This document shows, one piece after another, positions 1 through 14,437 of a DNA stretch of 64,000 nucleotides (position 1 is its first letter; each line of letters opens with the position of its first letter). The DNA is from Protoeuglena noctilucae (Eukaryota): contig OY253685.1 of assembly GCA_958009085.1 (NCBI GenBank), forward strand, positions 1-64,000, given 5' to 3'. The notes under the pieces were generated by a model. The model was not told the DNA's origin, did no database searches, and worked only from the letters and a program-made list of their open reading frames with translations. The translations under genes were made by a program, and so were the position numbers.

Positions 1-262
1 ACCCTAACCCTAACCCTAACCCTAACCCTAACCCTAACCCTAACCCTAACCCTAACCCTAACCCTAACCCTAACCCTAACCCTAACCCTAACCCTAACCC
101 TAACCCTAACCCTAACCCTAACCCTAACCCTAACCCTAACCCTACCTACCCTAACCCTAACGTGCCCTAACCCTTACCTGCCCTAACCCTAACCTCACCA
201 AAAAACTGCCCTAAAACCAAAAAAACCAACCTAACCCAAACCTAACCTACCCTAACCCTAAC
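1..262. repeat. Telomeric repeat array (CCCTAA)n = (TTAGGG)n, chromosome left end
   Basis: Perfect CCCTAA tandem from 1 to ~143, degenerate copies to 262, then an abrupt switch to unique coding DNA. Confidence 0.97.
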
Positions 263-3200
263 GACCGAGATGGCGGTGGCCGCGGGGTCGAGGCTCGCGA
301 TGTCGGATCCCATGCCGATGATGAGGAGCACGCCGTCGAGAAGCAAACGGGGGAAGCCGGCGACGCGCTCCTCCCTGTGCAGGACGTACATGGTGCCGGC
401 GAAGAGCAGGCACAGGGCGACCTCGACGCCGAGGAAGACGGCGATGTTGGACGCGATGGCCTGGAGCGCAAAGACGAAGGTCCCGATGACGGGGGTCACG
501 CTTAGGAAGTAGGCGCCGCTGAGGCCGAGGAGGAAGAAGCCGACCGTGTGGATGGGGGTGAGCGACGGGTCGAGGCCGTCCTCGCTGGCCAGCGCCAGGA
601 TCAACGCTGCGACCTGCGAGCGGGTGATTTACGAGGTTGAATTTGCCAGCCGAGCCGACAGCACAGCGCGCCTCCCCGCTTCGTCCCCCACCTCCAGCGC
701 CAGCCCCGAGACCAACAGCGGGGTATATCCGGAGGTGCGGAAGGCCATCGGGAGACGAAGCCAGCCACCCATGCCGCCGTCGGGCCAGAGCCCCAGGCGC
801 CACGCCGCCGTGGCCGTGAGTGTGCGGCCGTACCACCGCCGGAAGATGAGGAGGTTGGCCAGCACCCTGAGGCTGTCGAGAGCGTCGTACACATACGGCG
901 GCGTGGTGACCACGTACGTGCCCTGGGACACGAGCCGCAGGGCGAGAATGGCGACGTGGCCCGCCGTCAGCCCCGCCGCAGCCCTGCGAGGGAGGGCGAG
1001 GATGGGGGGCGTGTTGCGGGTGGCGGCCACATGCTGCGGGCGTGGGAACGGCAAACGATCGCCCCTGCGGGTGCGCTCGCGGCCACCCACCAGGTCCACG
1101 CCGACCGCCGCATGTCGGCGCAGACGAGCGCGACGAGGAGCATGGCGTAGAGGGCCAGGTAGGCGTTAAACACGCGGCCGTAGACAAAGAGCCATTTGCA
1201 CTCGACCAGCGTCGACAGGACGGGATGCCTGCGGGAGAGACAGGTGAGAAGGGTCCGTGCCTCGGCGATCCTAGCTCTTATACGCCCGGCAAAGGATGTG
1301 GTCCCTCACCCGGCCATGTCGACGTCGCCCTCGAGCGCCACGACCTCAAAGAGGGTGTCCACGTTGTCCAGCAGCGTCGAGTTGGGCACGTCCACTGGGC
1401 GGTAGTCGATCATGACCTGGCGCAGGCCGGCGGCGTCCTGGGAGTCGGTGCTCGTCACGAGCCCGTCGAGGGCCTTCATGGCGGCGGGGGCGTGCGCGGC
1501 TCGGAGGCGCACGAGGGGCAGCAGCTCGAGGCCGGAGCGCGTGCGGGGGGCGGGGGCGCCGGAGGGCAGGGGGGGGCAGAGCATGCGGGCAATGTCTGTG
1601 GCGGGGAGGCGGTCGGTGAGGACCGCGAGGCTCTCCGGGCGCCCGCGCTCGGCCGCCTCGACGGCGACCAGAAACGGGCGTCGCCCGCGCGTGTCTGGGC
1701 GCATGAGGTCGACACCCATGTCCACCATGAGCTCAACGACGGCGTGCATGCCGGCCGAGATGGCGCAGGAGATGAGGGGCTGCATGCAGTCGCGCCCGTC
1801 CCCCGCCGGCCACATGGCGTTGCGGTCGAGGCCCCACGTCAGCAGCTGGCGCAGATATGCCCCCTGCTGCTCCACGGCTGGCACGGGGGCCACGCCGAGG
1901 GAGCGGAACTCCTGGGTTGGATGAGAGGCTTGGGGGGGTGACAAGGCTGGGGGCCAACATGACGCTCTGACCCATGCGCTGGATCGCTGCAGGCCCTCAC
2001 CCGGACGCGGAGGCGGTGGGCCCCCCTCCCCAGGAACCCCTCCACGACGCGCTCGAGCGCCGCATTGCCCCTCAGGTCCCTCTCGTACTCGACGTCCTTC
2101 AGGCCCCAGTGCTCGGCTAAGAGCATGCGTACGACCGCGATGCTGGAGGTGGCGATGGCGTGGGACAGCATCTCCTCCCGCGAGCACCCGGCCGCCACGA
2201 AGGCGCGGCAGACGTTGACATGGGAGAACTGGGCGGCCAGGAGGGCGGGGGAGCCACGCCAGGTGACGAGGAGCGCGGCGTCGACGTCGAAGGACGCGGG
2301 GCGCAGCTCCCCCTCCTCGAGGAGCTCGGTGGCATTGGGGTCGAAGACGAAAGAGTGCGGCACTCCCTGCGACAAGGGGGAGGGAGGCAGTCGTGACCTG
2401 GGTGGGTCGGGCATTGCCTGAGCAGGCGCAGCGGTGGAGAAAGGCGCAGCGGCTCTGCAGCATGGCCTCCCCTACCTAACAGAAAGACTGCAGTGCCCCA
2501 CGAACGGCCCACCATGTGCCTCACCAGGTGCAGCAGCTGACGAACGACGTCGTCCTCGCCGTTGGCGACGGCCATCTGCATGGCCGCGAGCGCAGGCCAG
2601 GCGTAGGCGTCCTGGATGGGATGACTGAGGGCCAGGCTGCGCTTGCCGTCCTCGATCGCCGCCATCAGCGCGATGTGCATCAGGTCAAAGTCCTTCTGGT
2701 GAAAGCAGGCGCAGAGCCGGCGGAAGAGGCTCTGCGAGGCAGTGGGTGACTTGAAGTCAAGACTGCTTGACACAGCGACAGTCACGGCCGAGCGTCTTGC
2801 AAGGCCCAACAGCTCCGTCATCTCCCCCAGGCATGTCTCACCATGCTGTGCTCCGGGGCTGGAGGCACGGCGTCCGCAACCTTGTTCGGCTGCCACAGGG
2901 CTGGGAGTGTCTGCTTGGACAGGTACCTGCGGCAAGGGAAGCACCGACAACCTCCACAGGGGCACGCTGTGCGGGTGGCCCATCACCGCCCACCGCAACG
3001 ACCCCACGCGCACCGTTGGACGGGCGTTGGCTGCTCGTCCTCGCGGCCGAATGCCCACTGGACCAGGTGGTCCAAGTAGTCTCGTCTGCGGGTCTCCAGG
3101 GGCACGGGGGAGACACCGAGGAACTTGACATCCTGCGCAGGGATGGAGCGGAAGTGGGTGGAGTGGCAGGGTGGCAACCCGCAACGGCCCGCGTGCCATC

Positions 3201-5570
3201 TGCAGCCCTCGCCTGGTCGTTGAGCTGCAGGGCGGCAGCGAGCTCGTTGCCGTCCTGGGTGGCGCGGTCGGCGCCCCACTTGTCGAGGATGCCCGCCGCT
3301 GCCGACCGCATCTCTGCCCACGACGCCTCCCCGACCCTGACCTTCCGCTCCCTCCGCAGCAGGGTCTCGACCGTGCCACGGCATGAGGCGGCCGCCGCCG
3401 CCCGCACCGCGTCCTCGACCCTCGCCCCCGCGGCCAGCATGGCGTCCAGGACCTCGGGGCGCTCATAGACGACCGCCGTATGGAGGGGTGACATGCGCCA
3501 CAGCAGCGGGGCGCTGACGGACTCGGGCAGCGCCGCCAGGAAGAGGCTGGGCGTCAGGTCGTGCATGGAAGAGTATGCCAGGGACGGGGGCACGCCCTGC
3601 GGGGGAAAGCCGACGCGTTGGCGACGCGCAGAGGCGATCGGGCGGTTCTGCCAGGCCGGCGCAGCCTCACCAGCTTCAGCAGCCACTGCACGACGGCCAT
3701 GTCCCCCTGAGCCGCCGCCACGTGCATGGCAGCCACCAGCGCCCAGTCGTCCGGCACCCCTGCCTCGCCGTCAGCATCCCGAACGGGCTGGGCATCGAAG
3801 GCGCGCTTCTCAAAGGCCGGATCTGACACCACGCGGAGCAGAGCCCCCAGGTCGTGCAGCTCCAGGCACACGACCACGGCGCGGAACATGTCCTGCGAAC
3901 ACGGGTCCATGGCCAGGGTTGCAAGAAAGGATCAGCCAACGATAGCCTGTCCTTGCCCGCACCCATGCCTGTGCCCTTCCCCAGCCCCCACCTTCTCCCT
4001 CGCGCGCCGGTCCTCCTCCAGCGCCGCTGCCAGCTGCGCCTTGAGCAGCACCAGGGCGTCGTCGATCTGCGATCAAGGCGATTCAACGAGTGGGACGCCA
4101 CTCCTCGGTGCCTCACAGGGCCGGCCCCTCGCTGCACCCGCCCACGTCTCGCCTTGGCGTCCAGGTCCGCCTCAGCCTCCCCTCCCAGGAGCTGCAGCGA
4201 GGAGATGCTGCGCGCCAGGTCGGCGACGGCCCCCCCTAGCGACAGCATCTTCTCCACGCCGTCGCGCGCCACCCGCACCAGCACCTCCCTCAGCTGCCGA
4301 CGGCCACCCGCCAACGCATCGCCCAGCTGCGCGAGCAGGTCGCGCGCGCCCGACAGCAGCCCCGGGCGCATCGCACCCAGCCGCAACCCCACCGCCTCGA
4401 GCAGCGCCGCAAACGCGGCCGCCGAGGACGCGCGACGGTCCGCACCCCGCCGGCGCTGCGACTCGGAGCGCTCGATGACGCCCCCGGCCGCGGCCTCGGG
4501 GGCCGGGGGGGGCGGGGACACGGCCGCGCACAGCAGCAGCACGGCGCGCGCGCACTCGGGCGACGACCCCGCCACGGCTGCCAGCCGCGCCAGCTGCGGG
4601 AACCCCGCCCGTTGCGCGCAGCCCTCAGCCGCGGTCTCTGCCGCCGCGACGACGCGCGACGCGTCCCCTGCGCTCCGTGCACACGCCAGCGCCCGCAGCG
4701 CCTCGTCGTCGTCGTCCACGTCGGCCTCCGTCACCCCCCGGGCCCACGGGGGGCCCAGGTCGGGAGCCTTGGGGCCCGACGTGTGGGGCGCCGCATGCCG
4801 GCCAGGGTGAGGCGCGCGAGACTGCGCCAGGGGAGGACTGACGGGAGGCAGCGGGGATGACTGCGATGAGACGGCCGAAGGTGCAGCTACGTCCGTGCTC
4901 CCCGACTCGTCGCCTGCTGACTCCTGCAAGGGTGGCAAGGACACCAAGAAGAACATCAGATCACTCAGGGACGTCCCGACACTAGCCTGCCATCGCGCCT
5001 TCGCCTCACCGCGGGGTCCGGGCCGCGCTGGCCCAGGGTGCGTGCCGCGACGGCCTTGAGCTCCGCCTCGATGCCCCGCATGTGACCGAGCAGGCCTCGG
5101 ACGCGGACCTCGTGTTCTTGGGGGTCTGACGAAGTCGGTGCCGCAGCTCCCTTCGGCAAATACTCGGACAAGAGTGTTTCCGCCTCGCGCACCAGTGCCC
5201 CGAGCGCCGCGGCTGGGCCCCGCGGCCCAGATGTCGCCGACAAGGCCGCGGCCGACAGGTGCCCAGCCAGCCGCGCCATGCTCTGGGCCAGCGCGCGGTG
5301 CAGGGGGCTGACGTGCTCGGACGGCGCCTCTGCCAGCCTCCACAGCACCCGCGTCCCCGCCTGCGCCACCTCGGCCAGGTGCGGGGCGTCGCGGGACAGG
5401 TCGTCCAGCTGCGATGCCGCCGCCGACCAGGCGGCGCGCGCCTCGTCTGCGCGGTCGCCCGACCCCGGGTCCGCAGGGTCAAGTGGAGCAGCATCTCCAT
5501 GGTCGCCCGATGGCCCTGCGGGCGTGGCACCCGCGGCCTGCAGGGGCCGGAAGAAGCGCTTGCCCGCCAT
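263..5570 (-). CDS. Ankyrin-repeat TRP-like cation channel, multi-exon, 3'-truncated by the telomere (possible pseudogene)
   Basis: Spliced reading gives ankyrin motifs (AMHVAAAQGDMAVVQWLL, SPLHTAVVYERPEVLDAML, DTRGRRPFLVAV), a pre-S1 motif GHPVLSTLVECKW (~1192-1229), hydrophobic S1-S4, an S4-S5 linker/S5 IGTFVFALQAIASNIAVFLGVEVALCLLFAGTMYVL and a pore LLIIGMGSD similar to TRPV TIGMGD. Joining the 4-5.6 kb helical exons to the ankyrin exons relies on in-phase splice sites and is less certain. Confidence 0.75.
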
Positions 5571-6171
5571 CCCACCCGTCGACTCGAGGTTTCACTGCGA
5601 GCTCTGTGAAGGAATCCAGCTGTTCAGCGCATCGTGCAGACGACTTCGCAGTATCAAAATCGGCAGTTCAGCGTCCCACCCCACTAGCATCCTCCTGCCG
5701 CGAGCAGAGGTACGACACAGCGAAAAAGAGTCAGCATTAGAGTGCGCAGGCGCAGCTGGATCGAGAAAGCGTGCCTGCGCTGGCTCCTGCAGGCTCGAGA
5801 TGCAGCATGTACTCTGCAGGCGTATTGCTCACATGTCCGAGGTTATTGGGGCCTCGTGCGGCTGAAGATTGACTGTCGATTGTGAACGGAACCCACTCAA
5901 CGTGCGGCACGCCGCTCTTCACGGAAAATGCGTCCCCCAAACTTCATCACTAAAATGTAACCTGCCACAACAGCTTCGCGGGGCACGCGGTCACCCCCCG
6001 CTCGCAGCGGAGGGCGGATTGAGTCACGAGGAAGCCGTCGGCGAGCTTCCTGCATCGGTTTGGGTCAACTGGCGCCAGTATCCAGCGGCTTCAATGCAAG
6101 GCGATGCGCGCAAGGTCAAGCCGAGCGCGCGTCGCCGCCCCCGCGCGCGACTAGCTAGCCTCGCGTCGCGT

Positions 6172-9100
6172 CTAGAGCTGCTCCTGGTCCACGGCCTCGA
6201 GGGAGAAGGGCACGAAGGCGTATCCGTCCCCGTGATAGAACTTGTTCTGGAACTCGACCCAGTGGAGACGCAGCGCGTGGAGGAAGGCCGACAGCGTCTC
6301 CATGACCATGAGGACGCCGAGCGTGGCGCACCACCAGGCGAAGGCGCCGATCATCTGGATGAAGGGGGACCGTCCCTGCAGCCCCAGCAGCAGCACGCGC
6401 TCATAGAACACGGCCGACAGCTGCGAGTGCGCCAGTGAAAGCGCCCACAGACGCAGGTACGAGGCTGGGAGAACAAGGGGAGGGAACGGGTGAGCGCCGG
6501 CTGGGCAGGATGCCTCCGCCACTCCCTGCACCCTGGTGCACCCCCGCATGCGCCCCTCACCCGTGTTGGAGATGGCTCCCAGGACGAACTCGATGGTGTG
6601 GATGATCTGGTGCACGAAAATCTCCCCGAAGTCAAACTCCTCCCCGTGCCCATGGCCGCCGCCACCTCCATGGCCGCCCCCGTGCCCGCCCCCGTGGCCG
6701 TTGCCGTGGCCATTCTCCCCCGCGCCGTGGCCGCCCGATCCCCTGCGCTCCGCCACCCCGTCCGCGTCGCCGTTGTCGTCGGCGTCGCGCGTCGGCTCGC
6801 TCGGGACCAGCAGGGACGCGTACGAGTTGCCACCGGCCATGTGGCGGGCGCGCAGGATGAGGGGCTTGGGCAGGAGCATCCAGGGGACGCAGACAAACAT
6901 GAGAAGGAGGAGGATGTTCTGCACGGCCCCCTGCCCCGCGAAGAGCTTGTTCTCCGGGCAGGTGCCCCCGCAGTCGACGTCACCGGGGGTGAGGAACCAG
7001 GCGATGAGGACATGGTAGAGGTCGATGGTGGAGCCGGAGACCCACTTGGCGATGATGAGGATGGAGAGGTACCCGAACATGGCCCAGAGGAAAAGGATCT
7101 CGGGGATGAACTGGTAGTTGATGGAGAGGCGGTCGTTGAAGTAGAGGTGGTTGAAGAGCGACATAAAGATGCCCAGGGACATGTGGGAGACGCCCATGAC
7201 GATGGACATCTTCATCTTGAACGCGTTGACGAAGGGCAGCTCGGTGCGCGTCCTGGGGGGGCGGGGGGGGGGGGGGGGGGGGGGGGCTCGGCGGTGAGGT
7301 GGCAGGAGCGGTGGCAGCGAGGTGGGGGCAAGCGGCGCTGGGCGGGCCGTCCCGCGGCGGGCAGGCTGCGGCGCGTCTCACGTGTGCCATGCCGGGTCGA
7401 CGCCGATGGGATACGGCAGCGTGCCCTCCCCCCGGACGAGCCCCGTGGACGCCCCGCCCGGGCACACGGTGAATCCCTTGGCGTTGACGACCAGGTCGTT
7501 GGGGCACTCGTAGTGGGACCCGCCGAAGAGCGTCATGGGCATGGAGAAGGCCTCGTTGTACATGAGCCCGGTGAAGAGGGAGAAGAGCCCCATGAGGAGG
7601 ATGACGTACCGCCCGCCGAACGCCATGTCGATCATCTCGTTGAGCTTCTGCTTGCCCATGGCCTTCTCGCGGAGGATGAGGAAGGAGGCGAAGAGGACGA
7701 GGAGGGCGCCGTGGAGGAAGTCGCCGAACATGACGGCGAACAGGAAGGGGAAGGTCACGATGGTGAAGACGGCGGGGTTGACCTCGCGGTAGCGCGCCAC
7801 GCCGTACGCGTTGACGATGGCCTGGAAGGCGCCCGTCCACTTGTTGGTGCGGAAGTGCGTGGGGGGCTCCTCCCGCGTGGGCAGCGCCTGGAACACGGTG
7901 CCGACGGAGGCGGGGGAGCGGGCGGCGGCGGCCACCACGGCCGCGTGCACGCGCCCCTTGGCCTCGACGGGGCACCAGGCCTCGGCCACGAGGGCCTTGC
8001 GCGTCACGTCGATGCTGAGCTTGTTGAGCGTGTGGTAGACGGCCTTCTCGCGCTTGACCAGCCGCACCCACTCGTCCATGTCCGCCCCGATGGACGTCAG
8101 CATGCCGCGGCGCTGGGCGGACGCGGCGCTGATGACCGAGTAGAGCTCGTTGATGCGGTCCGCCACGTCGCGGGCCATCTCCTGGCGCTGGGCAGGCTGC
8201 TCCGGGAAGGGGTAGCGCGAGGCGTTGAAGGCGTCGCAGATCTTCATCACCTGCAGAGGGGAGGGACGGGGGCGGTCGCACCAGCTGCGGCCAATTCCGC
8301 GCCATCACAACAACATTGACCCCTGTCGTGTATCTACCAGGACACCACCCGTCGCCGGCCGTCGCTGCTGAGCTGCCCCGGTGGTCCGTCCCACCCAACC
8401 GATGCATCCCCCGCATGTCCCCTGCCGCGCCGCACCTTGGCCCTGGCGCGGTCTCCGGCGAAGAAGACGACGAAGACGCTCTTGTCAACGAGCTCGCGCG
8501 TCTGGGGGTCGCGCAGCTGCGTGGCGATCTCCTTGCTCTGGAAGAACATGTTGCCGCGCGTGGCCCGGAAGAGGACGCGCTCGAGGGTGTCGAGCCTCTC
8601 CCGCGCCACGAGGCCCACCACAAAGCCCAGGCGGCCCTGGGCGGCGGGGTCGGCGTCCGAGGCGGGCGCCGCCAGCAGCGGGGAGGAGGGGGCATCGGCG
8701 CCGGCGGACGATCCCGTGGCGGCAGCGGAGGACCGCGCCATGAAGCGGACCTCGTCGAAGAATGCCCCCGCCTGCTTGAGCACGATCTCCATCTCCAGGT
8801 ACTCGTCGTACGTGCGCTCGAGGCGGTCGTTGTTGGCGTTGATTTCCAGCAGCTCCCGCTCCAGGGACTCGAGGCGGGACTCGAGTTCATCCAGGTCCAC
8901 GTACTGCGGGGGAGGGGCGGGGCAGGGCGGGTGACGCTCGCAGGTGGGCGGCAGTGACGATGCCGGTCACGGCCCCTCCCAGGTGGCGTGGCTGGCGTGG
9001 CTGGCGTCCGCGTCCCGTGCGCACCTTGGGCGATATCCTGCCCGCCGTGATGATGCCCTCCTTCTCGATCTGCTCGGTCAGGAAGCGCAGCTTGCGGGCC

Positions 9101-9704
9101 ATCTCGTCCGCACGGCGCACTTGGGAGGCGTACGTGCGCTGGAAGGCGCTCTTCTCCGAGTTCAGGTCTTTGAACTGCAGAGCAGCCGTCTCCCCGAGCG
9201 CAGCGATCGTGTCGTGCGCGGCCTCGGCGGGGATAATGAGCTGCAGAGGCGGGACGGGGCGGGAGGACCGTGGGGTCGGAGTGGTCGCGGGGGAGGGCCT
9301 CGCGCGGCGTGGGATGGCACCGCGCACTCTACTCGACACGAACTCCGTCCGGAGCGACAGCCGGCAGCGCCAGGAACCGCTCTAGACCTCGGCCCAGCCC
9401 CAACAGGCTTGGCCGTGGCGCCGGGGGGGCGCTGTCGGCGATGAGCGACGCAAAACGGCCGCATCAGATGTCGTCGCAAGCGCCAGCGAGTGGAGCTGGC
9501 AGAATACGTGCCCGGGGCGGCCATCGTAGGGCGAAACGGGGGGGCGAGTCGCAAGCTCGCCGGGTGGGACCCGAGGGCGGAAGCTGAGCTGATGAGGCGC
9601 CTAAATGTCATTCAAGGCGGCGGCTCATGAAATGGGTGGCCGTCCTCGTCCCCGGAACCCACCTGCACTAGCTGCATCTCCTCCGAGCGCCACAGATCCA
9701 TCAT
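6172..9704 (-). CDS. VHA-a: V-type H+-ATPase V0 subunit a, 6 exons
   Basis: N-terminus [110 protein letters not shown]. Introns are GT-AG. Confidence 0.97.
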
Positions 9705-10105
9705 CCTGGACCCCGTGCTCTCCAGAAGTGTCCAAAGGACGACGGTGCGGCTATGACAGCCCTCTTGGCCTGCTCTGAGCAGCCGAAGCCCGGCAAACGC
9801 TCCCTCCTGCCAGGAGGCCAGCGGGGCCCGGATGGAGCGCGGGCAGCCCGATGCAAATGCTGTCGAGAGAGAGGGGTCCGTCAGGAGCCTGATCCCTGAG
9901 GCCAGCACGTTTCAGGCGGGTAGGGCCAGGAGGGCACCTACCCAACTTGTCCCGTCACGCTCCGTTTGGCGAAAAACACCTCGCTGCCGATCGCCAGATC
10001 GCTAGTGGATGGATCCCGTCCTGCGCCGCGCCCCGGCGGCCCTCGAACGCGCCCTTGATTCCTCGTGACGACAGCTGGGGCAGGACGCTGGGGCCAGAGG
10101 GAGCC
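9705..10105. promoter_or_regulatory. Probable shared bidirectional promoter/5' UTR region (VHA-a / kinesin-13)
   Basis: Divergent start codons ~400 bp apart. Confidence 0.5.
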
Positions 10106-13556
<3,451 letters not shown>

Positions 13557-14437
13557 GCCGCGTTTGATCCGCCACCTCCCCTAACCCACTTCCGCCGGCC
13601 CAGACGATCGAGTCGCATGCATGCATGTGTGGGTGCAGTGGCGAGGGCGGGCCGTGGCTGAGCGCCCTAGAAGACTCGGGAAGTGAGCCGTGTGATGTAG
13701 TTGAAAGTAGGGCTGGAAGGGCATGGCCGAACGTGAGGGCTGGCATGAATTGTGTTGGCGCGAGGGAAGAGGCTTGCACACGTCACGCGGGCGCGGCCGT
13801 CCGCGCCCGTCCCGCTCGCGAATGAGTGACGCGGCTGCGTAGGAGCGATTCCACAGCCGGGCGTCTTCCTTCCTGGCTTGACGTCAGGTCAGACAGACGG
13901 TCCCCCCGCGTCCCCGCTGAAAGCCCTCTGCATCGCACGGTGATGCCATCGGCTGTTTCACTCCGCTAGAAATATATGCAAGCTAACGCGTGCCTCTTAG
14001 ACCTCGGCATTGGCATAGCTAGGAAACGGACGGGATACGATAGGCGACAAGGCGGTGAGGTCGTGTCTGTTTTGTTCCCGAGGAGCGCCTGGGCACGCTG
14101 GACGCGGGTGTCAACCCGCCGCGGCGCTTCCCCCCCCCAGACTCGCACGCATGCAAATGACGGAAGCGTCCGGCAGGGACCAGTGACGGCCACCAGGCGC
14201 AGCGAGGCCATTCAGTGAGTCGTTGCTGTCGCGGACTGGAGCCCGCGCGCGCGGGTCTCCCCGGACCGGTCGCGAGGTGGCATCGGGGCCTTGCTCCCCA
14301 TCACACCGGCCCCCCGCGTTCGCCGGGATCGCGGAACGCCGGCTCCACCGTGCCCATTTGAGTCTCTGTTCGCAGCGGAGACGTCTGCGTCGGCGACGAC
14401 TCCCGGCGCCCGCGCCTGGGCTCCGGGAACGGCTGAC

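Noticed and set aside
144..250. Variant telomere units (CCTA, CTGCCCTAA, CCAAAAAA)
   Set aside because: Irregular and consistent with long-read basecalling or consensus noise at contig ends, or ordinary proximal degeneration; no stable variant unit.
263..5570. Telomere-associated retroelement or helicase next to the telomere
   Set aside because: No reverse transcriptase, endonuclease, transposase or helicase motifs seen; the region is a spliced ankyrin/channel gene.
6640..6740. Gly/His-rich insert in VHA-a
   Set aside because: A variable His-rich loop before the EEFDFGE motif is common in V0 a subunits.
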